NCBI GenBank assembly: GCA_963851265.1
Contig: CAWKNZ010000007.1
Coordinates: 480,001-544,000 of the forward strand
Length of the DNA: 64,000 bases
From: an uncultured Gemmatimonadales bacterium
GTDB lineage: Bacteria > Gemmatimonadota > Gemmatimonadetes > Gemmatimonadales > Gemmatimonadaceae
Direction: 5' to 3'
Of this stretch, positions 46,906-56,693 are shown piece after piece; position 1 is the first letter of the stretch, and every line of letters begins with the position of its first letter. Below the pieces are notes generated by a model. It saw nothing but the letters and a program-made list of their open reading frames with translations. It was not told where the DNA came from and made no database searches. The position numbers were made by a program, and so were the translations under genes.

Positions 46906-48186
46906 ATGACGACGCTCCACGCGCCCCCCGACGGGTCGAGCACCGCAGGCGCACCGCCGCCGCACGGTGGTGCGACCCGCACGGCCCCACTCGACCGCGG
47001 GGTGGCGCGCGCGGCGCTCGTCGTGCTCGCCACGCTCGCCGTGGTCTACGCGATCTACCTCGGGCACGCGTTCCTCGTCCCCGTGTGCCTCGGCGTCGTG
47101 CTCACGGCACTGCTCGTGCCGCTCGTGGCGTGGCTCGCGCGCCACCGCGTGCCCGCGCCCGCGGGCGCCGCGCTCACCGTGCTCGCTTCGCTGGCGCTGA
47201 TGATCGGCGCGGTCACCGCGCTCGAACCGCCGCTGCGCAATCTCGCGGGGGAGATCCCGCGCAGCATCACGGCCGCACGCGTGCGGCTCGCGCGCTTCGA
47301 GGCCCCACTCGCGCGGCTCGGCATCCGGCTGCAATCACAGCCGGCACGCGACGGCGCGCACACGCTGCCCTCGCCGGGCACGGCGGCCGCCACGGGCGCG
47401 GACACCACCGCGCAGCGCCCCGACAGCGCGCGCGCGGGAACGCGTCCGGCGTCGGCCGCCGCCCCCGCGGGCGGCGCCTCGGGCGGCGCCTCGGCCGGGG
47501 CGACGGGCGGCGAATCCGGTGGGGGGCCGGCCGGCGCGCCGGCGGGCGTGCTGTCGGCCCTCGGACGCACCTTCGGCGTGACGTCGGAGTTGCTGAGCGA
47601 GTTGATCGAAGTGCTCCTCCTCGCGTTCTTCCTGCTCGCGAGTGAGCCGTCGTGGGCGGGGAAGCTCGCGCGCGCGGTGCCCGACGAGGAGCGGCGGCGG
47701 ACGACGACGCAGGCCGCCGTCGAGATCCGCGGCGTGGTGTCGCGCTACGTGTTCGTGACCGCGTGCATCAACGTCGGCCAGGGTACCGTGGTCGCCCTCG
47801 CGATGTGGGCGCTCGGCCTTCCGTCGCCGCTGCTCTGGGGCATTCTGACCTTCGTGCTCGAATTCATCCCGTACCTCGGCGGGTTCGTGATGGTCGCGCT
47901 GCTGCTCGTGGCGGGGCTCGCGAGCGGTGGGACGCTGCTGCACGCGCTCCTCGCGCCCATCTCGTACCTCGCCATCTCGTCGTTGCAGAACAACCTCGTG
48001 AGCCCGGCCGCGTACGGCCGCGGCCTGCGCCTCAACCCGTGGGCGATCCTGCTCGCGGTGATGTTCTGGTACGCGATGTGGGGCGTGGCCGGCGCGTTCC
48101 TGGCGGTGCCGATCCTCGCAGCCGCGCGCGTGCTCACCGGCTACCTGCCGGCGCTCGCGCCGGTGGGCGTGTTGCTGGAGGAATAG
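46906..48186 (+). CDS. AI-2E family transporter
   Basis: Hydrophobic profile, FIPYLG, QNNLVSP, LNP, GAFLAVP. Confidence 0.88.
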   Translation: MTTLHAPPDGSSTAGAPPPHGGATRTAPLDRGVARAALVVLATLAVVYAIYLGHAFLVPVCLGVVLTALLVPLVAWLARHRVPAPAGAALTVLASLALMIGAVTALEPPLRNLAGEIPRSITAARVRLARFEAPLARLGIRLQSQPARDGAHTLPSPGTAAATGADTTAQRPDSARAGTRPASAAAPAGGASGGASAGATGGESGGGPAGAPAGVLSALGRTFGVTSELLSELIEVLLLAFFLLASEPSWAGKLARAVPDEERRRTTTQAAVEIRGVVSRYVFVTACINVGQGTVVALAMWALGLPSPLLWGILTFVLEFIPYLGGFVMVALLLVAGLASGGTLLHALLAPISYLAISSLQNNLVSPAAYGRGLRLNPWAILLAVMFWYAMWGVAGAFLAVPILAAARVLTGYLPALAPVGVLLEE

Positions 48187-48190
48187 TCGT

Positions 48191-49489
48191 ATGAAGACAC
48201 CAACCTCACGCGCCCGCGCCCGCGTGGTCCTCGGCGCGGTCGCGTGCTGGATGGGCGCCGCCTGCGCGCCCTCCCAAACCACCGTCGCCCGCGCCGGGAT
48301 GCGCGCGGGCACGCACGCGCCGTCGGACACGAGCGCCGTCACGCTCCGTGCCGCGACCGTGCTCGATGGGCGCGGCGGGCTCGCGCACGACGCGGTCGTG
48401 ACCGTTCGCGGCGGACGCATCGTGGGCATCGACACTACGGCGGCCGCCCGGCGCGCCCCCGTCACCTACGACCTTGGCGCCCGCACGCTGCTGCCCGGAC
48501 TGGTCGACGTGCACGTCCACCTCGGCTGGTACTTCAACCGCCGCGGCGCCCTCCACACGCCCGACGACGGCGACACGCCCGAGCAGTCGTTCCGCGCCGT
48601 CGCCGCGAACGCACGCGCCATGCTCCTCGCCGGCGTGACCACGGTGCAGAGCGTCGGCGGGCCCGAGGACGCGCCCGTGCGCGACGCCATCGCGCGCGGC
48701 GAGATCCCCGGCCCGCGGGTGCTCACCTCGCTCACCCCGATCACCGACTCGTCGCTCTCCCCCGATTCGCTGCGCGCGATCGTGCGGCAGCGCCGCGCGC
48801 AGGGTGCGGACGTGATCAAGCTGTTCGCTTCCACCGGCTACAACGCGGGCGGCGGCCAGACGATGCGCGACGCGCAACTCGACGCGGTATGCGGCGAGGC
48901 GCGCGCGGTGGGCCTGCGCACCGTGGTGCACGCGATCGGGGCGGCGAGCGTGGCCGCCGCGACGCGCGCGGGCTGCACCGAGATCGAGCACGGCCAGCTC
49001 GCCACCGACGCCGAGCTGCGCGGGATGGCCGCGCGCGGCACGGCGTTCGGACCGCAGGCGTGCCTCGTCTTCCAGAACTACCTCGACCACGAGCGGGAGT
49101 ACACGCTCTCGGGATTCTCGACGCGTGCGTTCGAGTCGTTGCGCGGGGCGCTCCCGATCTCGCGCGAGGCGTTCCGCCGCGCGATCGCGACGCCGGGCCT
49201 GACGATCCTGTTCTCGACCGACGCCGTGGCCGGGGCGCACGGACGCAACGCGGACGAGCTGGTGTGCCGCGTGCGCGACGCCGGGCAGGCGCCGATGGAC
49301 GCGATCGTGTCGGCGACGTCGGTCGCGGCTCGCGCGCTCGGACTCGGCGACCGGGTCGGGGCGGTCGCGCCCGGGCTCGACGCGGACCTCATCGCGGTGG
49401 ACGGGAATCCGTTGGACGACATCGGCGCGATGCGGCGCGTGGCGTTCGTGATGCGCGGCGGGATCGTGTACCGGTCCGCGGCGCGCTGA
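48191..49489 (+). CDS. Amidohydrolase family protein
   Basis: PGLVDVHVH, IKL, HA, EHG, STD, ADLIAVDGNPL. Confidence 0.9.
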   Translation: MKTPTSRARARVVLGAVACWMGAACAPSQTTVARAGMRAGTHAPSDTSAVTLRAATVLDGRGGLAHDAVVTVRGGRIVGIDTTAAARRAPVTYDLGARTLLPGLVDVHVHLGWYFNRRGALHTPDDGDTPEQSFRAVAANARAMLLAGVTTVQSVGGPEDAPVRDAIARGEIPGPRVLTSLTPITDSSLSPDSLRAIVRQRRAQGADVIKLFASTGYNAGGGQTMRDAQLDAVCGEARAVGLRTVVHAIGAASVAAATRAGCTEIEHGQLATDAELRGMAARGTAFGPQACLVFQNYLDHEREYTLSGFSTRAFESLRGALPISREAFRRAIATPGLTILFSTDAVAGAHGRNADELVCRVRDAGQAPMDAIVSATSVAARALGLGDRVGAVAPGLDADLIAVDGNPLDDIGAMRRVAFVMRGGIVYRSAAR

Positions 49490-49508
49490 CGTCGGCGCGG
49501 GCGGCGTG

Positions 49509-49573
49509 CCGTTCGCACGTGAGAGGGGGCCCTCCGCTGATTGCGCGAAGGGCCCCCTCTCACGTGCGAACGG
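49509..49573. repeat. Perfect 25-bp inverted repeat (REP-like or bidirectional terminator)
   Basis: CCGTTCGCACGTGAGAGGGGGCCCT (49509-49533) / AGGGCCCCCTCTCACGTGCGAACGG (49549-49573) between convergent genes. Confidence 0.85.
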
Positions 49574-49583
49574 TGTCGGTGCT

Positions 49584-49623
49584 GGGCGGTCGATCCGCCG
49601 GGCGGTCGATCCGCTGGGCGGTC
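49584..49623. repeat. Short tandem repeat, 16-nt unit GGGCGGTCGATCCGCY x2.5
   Basis: Units start at 49584 and 49600, partial at 49616. Confidence 0.7.
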
Positions 49624-51226
49624 AGCCCGCGATCCGCACCCGCTCCAACCGCCGCTGCTTGGCCGGCGCGTTGAACACGTGGAGCGTGACCACGTCGCCC
49701 GCGTGGTACCGGCCGAGCGCCGCGCGCAGCTCCGCCGGCGAGTGCACGGCCGCGTCCTCGACCCCCACGATCACGTCGGGGCCGCCGGCGCCCGGCTCGG
49801 TGAGCCGGCCCGAGGCGGGGCTTCCGTCGAGCACGCCCGCGACGATGACGCCGCGTGCGTCGGACGGCAGCTGCAGCTGGTCGGCCGTCGCCGCGTCGAG
49901 CGGCGCGACCTGGATCCCGAGCCCGCGCACCGGAGCGCGCGACTCGTCGCCGGCCGACGGCGCGTCGGCGCGCGCCGTCGCGGCGGTACGGTCCGTCACG
50001 CCCTGCAGCGGCACGCGCACCGTGGCGCGCGCCCCGCCCTTGCGGGCCACCTCGAGCGTGACCGTCTCGCCCGCCGCCCGGAACGCGACCCGCTCCTGCA
50101 GCTGACTGACGTAGTCCACGGGCTGCCCGTCGACGGCGACGATCACGTCGCCCGCCTGCAGCCCGGCCCGGCGCGCCGGCGACTGGTCGTCCGCGAAGTC
50201 CTGCACCAGCACGCCGCGCGCGCTCGGGAGCCCGACGTACGTCGCGTCGTCCGCACCCGCGTCGCGCACCGCGACGCCGAGGGCGGCGCGCGTCACGCGC
50301 CCGTGCGCGATGAGCTGGTCCATCACCTTGTGCGCGAGCGACATCGGGACGGCGAAGCCGTAGCCGGTGTAGCTCCCCGTGGTGCTGGCGATCGCCGAAT
50401 TGATGCCGATCACCTCACCGCGGACGTTGACGAGCGGCCCGCCCGAGTTGCCAGGGTTGATGGCCGCGTCGGTCTGGATGAAATCCTGGATGCTGCGCGC
50501 GGAGCTGTTGGGCAGGTCGAGCGCGCGGCCCTTGGCGCTGATGATCCCCTGCGTCACGGTGAACGAGAGGCGCTCGCCCATCGGGTTGCCGACCGCGAGC
50601 ACCCACTCGCCGACGCGCGCGGCGTCGCTGTCGCCGAGCGGGGCAGGCGTGAGCCCGGTCGCGTCGATCTTGAGCACGGCCACGTCGGTGCTCGGGTCGG
50701 TGCCGACCACGCGTGCGGTGAACTCGCGCCGGTCGAGCAGCCGCACCGTCACGCGCTCGGCGTCGGCGACGACGTGGTTGTTGGTGAGGATGTAGCCGTC
50801 GTTCGAGACGATGAAGCCCGAGCCGGCCCCGATCGCGCCGTGCGGGGTGGCACCACGCGGCATCCGCCCACCGGGTGCCTGCATCCCTTCGGGCCCGCCG
50901 AACTGGCGGAAGAAGGGCGCGAACTCGGGCGGAATGCCGGGCATCGCCTGTCCGTCGCCCACCTGGGCGACGGCGCGCGGCCGCTCCATGGCGGTGATGT
51001 AGACGACGCTCGGCTTCACGCGCGCCGCCACCGAGGCGAACGCGTCGTTCAGCTCTTCGAGACGCGCGACGGCGGCCGGTGACACGGCCGCGGGGGGCGT
51101 GGCGCCCGGCAGCGTGGCCGCGCGCGGCGGGACGGCGGCGCCGAGGAGCGCCCCGGCGCCGAGCAGGGCGGCGGTCGCCACACCGGCACCGGCGACCTTG
51201 TAGCGAGAATTCAGAGTGCGGGGCAT
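49622..51226 (-). CDS. HtrA/DegP family serine protease with two PDZ domains
   Basis: GSGFI, TNNHVV, DVAVLK, QTDAAINPGNSGGPL. Confidence 0.95.
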   Translation of the reverse strand: MPRTLNSRYKVAGAGVATAALLGAGALLGAAVPPRAATLPGATPPAAVSPAAVARLEELNDAFASVAARVKPSVVYITAMERPRAVAQVGDGQAMPGIPPEFAPFFRQFGGPEGMQAPGGRMPRGATPHGAIGAGSGFIVSNDGYILTNNHVVADAERVTVRLLDRREFTARVVGTDPSTDVAVLKIDATGLTPAPLGDSDAARVGEWVLAVGNPMGERLSFTVTQGIISAKGRALDLPNSSARSIQDFIQTDAAINPGNSGGPLVNVRGEVIGINSAIASTTGSYTGYGFAVPMSLAHKVMDQLIAHGRVTRAALGVAVRDAGADDATYVGLPSARGVLVQDFADDQSPARRAGLQAGDVIVAVDGQPVDYVSQLQERVAFRAAGETVTLEVARKGGARATVRVPLQGVTDRTAATARADAPSAGDESRAPVRGLGIQVAPLDAATADQLQLPSDARGVIVAGVLDGSPASGRLTEPGAGGPDVIVGVEDAAVHSPAELRAALGRYHAGDVVTLHVFNAPAKQRRLERVRIAG

Positions 51227-51432
51227 CGGATGATCGAAATGGCGTTGGGATGCGAGACACGCCGACGGGGAGCAACAACGGGGTGTGTCGGCGGGCCTCG
51301 CGTTACGGAGCGAAGGCTAGTTCGCCCTCCCTCGCACGTCGGTGAACGCCAGATAAACGGGAGATGAACGCGGGGCCCGATCGGCCCGCGCGGCGGGCGC
51401 GCACGGGACCGGAGCGTGCATCGGGGGTCCGC

Positions 51433-52116
51433 ATGCGCATCCTGGTCGTCGAGGACGACACGAAGCTCCTGGACGTGCTCGCGCGCAGCCTGCGCGAGGA
51501 GGGATACGCCGTGGACACGGCGGCCGACGGCGAGCGCGCGCTCGTGCAGGCCACGGTCAACGCGTACGACGCGATCGTGCTCGACGTGGGGCTGCCCCGA
51601 CGCGACGGGCTCGAGGTGAGCCGCGCCCTGCGCGCGCGCGGCGCGCGCGTCCCCATCCTGATGCTGACGGCGCGCGACGCCGTCGACGACCGCGTCGCGG
51701 GGCTCGACGCGGGGGCCGACGACTACCTCGTCAAGCCGTTCTCGGTGCGCGAGTTGCTCGCGCGGGTGCGCGCCCTGCTCCGCCGGCTCCCCGAGCTGCT
51801 CCCCGCGACGATGACCGTCGGCGACCTCGTGCTCGACACCCGCACCCACACGGCGGCGCGCGGCGGGCGCGCGATCCCGCTCACGGCCAAGGAGTACGCG
51901 ATGCTCGAGTACCTCGCGCGCCACACGGGGCGGGTCGTGGGGCGTGCGGAGCTGACGGAACACGTCTGGGACGAGAACCACGACCCGTTCTCGAACGCGA
52001 TCGAGGTGTACGTGAACCGCCTGCGGAAGAAGGTCGACGAGGGCCAGGCGGAGCCGCTCATCCACACGCGGCGCGGGGCCGGCTACATGCTCGCGGCCCC
52101 CGCGGCAGAGCGTTAG
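51433..52116 (+). CDS. OmpR-family response regulator
   Basis: MRILVVEDD, LDVGLP, LTARD, GADDYLVKPF, RRGAGY. Confidence 0.95.
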   Translation: MRILVVEDDTKLLDVLARSLREEGYAVDTAADGERALVQATVNAYDAIVLDVGLPRRDGLEVSRALRARGARVPILMLTARDAVDDRVAGLDAGADDYLVKPFSVRELLARVRALLRRLPELLPATMTVGDLVLDTRTHTAARGGRAIPLTAKEYAMLEYLARHTGRVVGRAELTEHVWDENHDPFSNAIEVYVNRLRKKVDEGQAEPLIHTRRGAGYMLAAPAAER

Positions 52117-52128
52117 GCGGGGGCGCGC

Positions 52129-53605
52129 GTGTTCCGGTCCATCCGCGTCCGGCTCACCGCCTGGTACGCGGGCGCGTTCGCGCTGTTCGAGCTGGTGTTC
52201 GCCGTGGCCGGCTACGGCTTCGTCGCGCGAGCGACCGGCGCCCGGGTGGACGAGGACCTCGTGCGGATGGCGGGCGCGGTGGCCGACGCGCTCGACGCGC
52301 AGCAGGCGTTCGGCGCCTTTCCCGGCGCGGGCGTCGCGGCCGCGATGCGCGAGTTCCGACTCGGCGACGTGGCCGTCGCGGTGCTCGACCGCGGGAGCGG
52401 AGACGTGGTCGTCGCGTTCGAGAATCCCTCGCGCGACCGCCCCGAGCCCGGTCGATTCGACTGGCGGCGCCGGTTCGCCCCGCCGGCGCCCGCCGACTTC
52501 CGCGCCGTGCTCTTTGCCGCACCGCCCGCGCCCGCGCTCGTCACCCTGCGCACCGACGGCCCGCCGGTCCGGCTCTACACCATGCCGTACCTGTTCGGCG
52601 GACGGCCGCTGATGGTCGGCGTCTCGCAATCGCTGGCGCCGCAGCAGCGCACGCTCGCCGACGCGCGTACCGCGCTCGCCGTCGGCGTTCCCCTGATGCT
52701 CGCGGCGGCGGTCGTGGGCGGGTACGCCCTCGCGCGCCGCAGCCTGCGGCCGGTGGCGACCATGACGCGCGAGGCCGCGCACATCAGCGCGGGCACGCTG
52801 CACGAGCGCCTCCCGGTCGCCGACCCGCGCGACGAGCTGGGGCACCTCGCGGCGGTGTTCAACGACCTGTTAGGCCGGCTCGAGGCCGCGTTCGAGCGCC
52901 AGCGCCGCTTCGTCGCCGACGCGTCACACGAGCTGCGCACCCCGGTGGCGATCATCGCCGGCGAGGCCGAACTCGCGCTCGGCCGCGAGGGGCGCGACGC
53001 CGGCGGCGCTGCGCGCCGCGCTGGTGACCATCGGCGACGAGACGCGGCGCCTGCAGCAGATCGTGGGCGACCTGTTCCTCCTCGCGCGCGCCGACGCGGG
53101 CGAGCGACCGCGCGCCGTCGAGGAGCTGTACCTCGCGGACCTCGTCGCCGCGGTGGCGCACGCGGTGCGCACGCTCGCCGCCCGCAAGCAGATCACGGTC
53201 ACCGAGCACGTCGACGGCGACCTGCCGTTCCGCGGCGACGAGGGGCTGCTCCGGCGGCTGCTGCTCAACCTCGTCGACAACGCGATCAAGTTCACGCCGG
53301 AGGGCGGGCGCGTGGACGTCACCGCAGCCCAGCGCGGCGCCGAGTACGTGATCGAGGTGGCCGACACCGGACCCGGCGTCCGCCCCGAGGACCGGGCGCG
53401 CGTGTTCGAGCGGTTCTTTCGCGCGCCGCCGGCGGAGGCGGCCGTCGCGACGGGGAGCGGGGCCGGACTCGGGCTCGCGATCGCCCGCTGGATCGCGGAG
53501 GCGCACGGCGGGGGGCTCTCGCTCGCGCGGTCGGGGGACGGGGGGAGCTCGTTCGCGGTCACGTTGCCGGTGCCTAACGCCGGGCCCGCGCCCGCCGGCG
53601 GATAA
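52129..53605 (+). pseudogene. HAMP sensor histidine kinase with a frameshift near 53000 (pseudogene or sequencing error)
   Basis: TM, HAMP and ASHELRTP in one frame; NLVDNAIKF, DTGPG and GAGLGL in another frame (ORF 53024-53605). Confidence 0.8.
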
Positions 53606-53653
53606 CGCCGCGGCGGGCGCGGGCCCTGGTCGCCGCGCCGAGCGCCCCGTAGG

Positions 53654-55126
53654 TTGGCTCGCCCTCGCCCATCCCCACGGACCCCGGAGCCGCCGTTGCC
53701 CCCGCCAGCCCTTCGTCGCGCGCTCGCCGCGCTCGCGCTCCTCTCGCCCGCAGCGCTCGCCGCACAGGGCGCACGTCCCGCCGCGCTCACGCCCTACGAT
53801 GCCCTCGGCCGCGACCTGCTGCGCGAGCTGGTCGAGACGAACACCACGTACTCGGCCGGGAGCACGACCAGGGCGGCGACGGCCATGGCGGCGCGCTTCC
53901 GGGCGGCGGGATTTCCGGCCGCCGACGTCGTGATCGTCGGCCCCGACACGGGCGTCGACGCGAAGGACCGCAACCTCGTCGTGCGCTACCGGGGTGCCGG
54001 CAAGCGCCCGCCGATCGTGCTCATCGGGCACCTCGACGTCGTCGAGGCGCGGCGCGCCGATTGGGTGCTCGACCCGTTCGCGCTGACCGAGCGGGACGGG
54101 CACTTCTACGGCCGCGGCACGCTCGACATGAAGAACGGCGACGCGGCGTGGGTGGCGGCGTTGCTTCGGATGAAGCAGGAAGGGGTCGTCCCGGCCGGCG
54201 ACTTCGTGCTCGCGCTCACGGCGGGCGAGGAGGGCGGGGGCGGGTACAACGGGATCGCGTGGCTCCTGGCGCACCGCCCCGACCTGCTCGACGGCACGTT
54301 CGCGCTCAACGCCGACGGCGGCGGCGGCGAGCTACATGCGGGCCGGCCGGTCGCCCTCGACGTCGACGCGGCGGAGAAGGTATTCCACTCGGTTCACCTC
54401 ACGGTGCGCAATCCGGGCGGGCACAGCTCGCTGCCGTCGAAGGACAACGCCATCTACCGCCTCGCCGCCGCGCTGGGCCGTCTGGCCGCGTACGACTTCC
54501 CGCTCCAGACCAATGCGATCACGCGCGCGTACTTCGCGCGCAGTGCCGCGTTGAGCGAGGGGCCGCTCGCGGCCGAGATGCGGGCCGTGAGCACCGGCGA
54601 CGAGCCCGACCCGGCGGCGGCGGCGCGGCTCACCGCGCGCTCGTCGTTCTACAACGCGCTCCTCCGGACGACGTGCGTCGCCACGCTCATCGAAGGCGGG
54701 CACGCGCCCAACGCCCTCCCGCAGCGCGCGCGCGCGACGGTCAATTGCCGGATCCTGCCCGGCGTCGACCCCGCCGCGGTCGAGGCGACGATCCGCACCG
54801 TGGTGGCCGATACCGCGGTCGTCGTGACCGCGGCCGACACCGCCCACCGGATCGCGCCGTCGCCGCTCCCGCCGGCACTCGAGCGCACGCTGCGGGCGAC
54901 CGTCGGCTCGATCTGGGGGCCGCTGCCGATCGTGCCCGATATGGCGACCGGCGCGTCGGACGCGGTGTATCTGTCGGCGCGCATGCCCGTGTACGGCGTG
55001 AGCGGCCTCTTCGCCGACCCCAATAACCCCGACGACACGCGTGCCCACGGCCTCGACGAGCGCATCGGCGTGCAGGCGTTCTACGACCAGCTGGAATTCA
55101 CGTATCGGCTGCTGAAGGCGCTCTGA
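53654..55126 (+). CDS. M20/M25/M40 family metallopeptidase (secreted)
   Basis: GHLDVV, GRGTLDMK, GEE, GGHSS, AHGLDERI; start uncertain. Confidence 0.9.
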   Translation: MARPRPSPRTPEPPLPPPALRRALAALALLSPAALAAQGARPAALTPYDALGRDLLRELVETNTTYSAGSTTRAATAMAARFRAAGFPAADVVIVGPDTGVDAKDRNLVVRYRGAGKRPPIVLIGHLDVVEARRADWVLDPFALTERDGHFYGRGTLDMKNGDAAWVAALLRMKQEGVVPAGDFVLALTAGEEGGGGYNGIAWLLAHRPDLLDGTFALNADGGGGELHAGRPVALDVDAAEKVFHSVHLTVRNPGGHSSLPSKDNAIYRLAAALGRLAAYDFPLQTNAITRAYFARSAALSEGPLAAEMRAVSTGDEPDPAAAARLTARSSFYNALLRTTCVATLIEGGHAPNALPQRARATVNCRILPGVDPAAVEATIRTVVADTAVVVTAADTAHRIAPSPLPPALERTLRATVGSIWGPLPIVPDMATGASDAVYLSARMPVYGVSGLFADPNNPDDTRAHGLDERIGVQAFYDQLEFTYRLLKAL

Positions 55127-55269
55127 CGCGCGCACGCGCCGCGGCGCGCCGACCTGCGCCGACCCTGGCGCACCGGGGCGTGACGCTGCAACTCGGGCCG
55201 ATTCGTGTGGGGCATGTGCCTTGCCGTTGTCGACGTTGTATTACCGACCTTCATCCAGAGACTCCCATC

Positions 55270-55587
55270 ATGCGCATCTCGCATTTCGTTCGCGCGGCGA
55301 CCGCCGCCGCCGTCGTTCCGGTTTTCGCCGCCGCGGCTCAGCAGACCACGCAGCCGGTGCAGACCACGCAGCCGGTGCAGACCACGCAGCCCGTGCAGCC
55401 CAAGCACCACAGCGTGCTCGCGGGCGCTGCCGCGGGTGCGGCCGCCGGGTCGGCCATCCCGGGTCACCGGCATCCGATCCTCGGCGCGGTCGTCGGGGCG
55501 GAGGTGCAGCACCACCGGAACAAGGCTGCGAAGCGCGCCGCGCGCGCGCAGGCCGCGCAGGCCGCCGCCGGCACCACGACGCCCTGA
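55270..55587 (+). CDS. Small secreted protein with QTTQPV repeats and a glycine-zipper-like segment
   Basis: Signal-like N-terminus, GAAAGAAAG...LGAVVGA. Confidence 0.65.
   Translation: MRISHFVRAATAAAVVPVFAAAAQQTTQPVQTTQPVQTTQPVQPKHHSVLAGAAAGAAAGSAIPGHRHPILGAVVGAEVQHHRNKAAKRAARAQAAQAAAGTTTP
55342..55395 (+). repeat. In-frame tandem repeat, 3 x 18 nt (CAGACCACGCAGCCSGTG)
   Basis: Directly visible; encodes QTTQPV x3. Confidence 0.9.
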
Positions 55588-55633
55588 CCGCGACACCTCG
55601 CCGGGAGCGCCTTTTCGAAGGGAAGGCGCTCCG

Positions 55634-56587
55634 TTGACTCCGCTGCGCGCCGTCGTGCTCGGCGCCGGCGGTGTCGGCGGCTACTTCGGCGGGGTGCTAG
55701 CCCGCGCGGGCCACGCGGTCACCCTGCTCGCTCGCGGCGACCACCTCGCGGGGATCCGAGCGCGCGGGCTGGAGCTCCGGGTGCCCGCCGACGAGTCGGT
55801 CGCGTTCGACCGCGACGGCTGCGTGCGGCTCGACGCGACCGATGATCCGGACGCGCTCCCCGACGCGGATCTCGTGATCGTCGCCGTGAAGAGCTACTCG
55901 CTCGACGAGGTCGCGCCGGCCGCGGCGCGCCTCGCCGCCGGCGGGGCGACCGTGCTCCCACTGCTCAACGGCGTCGACGCGGCCGACCGTCTCGTCGCGG
56001 CCGGCGTGCCCGTGCGCGCGCTCCTCGCCGGCGTGACCGTGATCAGCGCGGCCCGCGTGGCGGCGGGGGTGATCGAGCGCCGCTCCGCGTTCCAGCGCGT
56101 CATCGTGGGCCGGCTCGGCGCGCACACCCTCGACGACGCCCGCGACGAGGCGGCCGGCCGGATCGTCTCCGCGTTCCGCGATGCGGGCGTCGACGCGCGC
56201 GAGTCGCCGCGCATCGAGGTCGACCTCTGGAACAAGCTCGTTTTCCTCGCCTCGATGGCGGCGGCATGCGGCCTCGCGCGCGCCGACGTGGGCACCGTGC
56301 GCCGCGCACCGCTCGGCCACCTGCTCGTCGAGCGTGCGGTGGCAGAGATCGTCGCGGTCGCGCGGGCACACGGCATTGCGCTCGCGCCGGACATCGGCGA
56401 GCAGACGGTCGCCGCTATCGACGCCCTCCCCGCCGCGATGCGCCCGAGCTTCCTGCTCGACGTCGAACGCGGCGGGCCCACGGAACTCGACGTGCTGAGT
56501 GGCGCGGTGAGCCGGTTCGGCCGTCGCTATAGCGTCCCCACACCGGTGCACGACACCGCGGTCGCGGCACTCTCCGCGTTCCGTTAA
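55634..56587 (+). CDS. panE: Ketopantoate reductase
   Basis: LGAGGVGGYFG, VKSY, LLNG, LWNKL, PS...D, TE.D.LSG; TTG start inferred. Confidence 0.88.
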   Translation: MTPLRAVVLGAGGVGGYFGGVLARAGHAVTLLARGDHLAGIRARGLELRVPADESVAFDRDGCVRLDATDDPDALPDADLVIVAVKSYSLDEVAPAAARLAAGGATVLPLLNGVDAADRLVAAGVPVRALLAGVTVISAARVAAGVIERRSAFQRVIVGRLGAHTLDDARDEAAGRIVSAFRDAGVDARESPRIEVDLWNKLVFLASMAAACGLARADVGTVRRAPLGHLLVERAVAEIVAVARAHGIALAPDIGEQTVAAIDALPAAMRPSFLLDVERGGPTELDVLSGAVSRFGRRYSVPTPVHDTAVAALSAFR

Positions 56588-56693
56588 AGCAGTCAGCGCC
56601 TGCGTGTAGTGGCCATGGCTTCCCACCGGTGCGCCACCCAGCCGCGATCTGCTCTCACGCGTACGCGCTCCGGCGCCGGAGACGCGACTTCGC

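Noticed and set aside
49584..49623. Possible CRISPR array
   Set aside because: Units are 16 nt, directly adjacent with no spacers, and no cas genes are in the window
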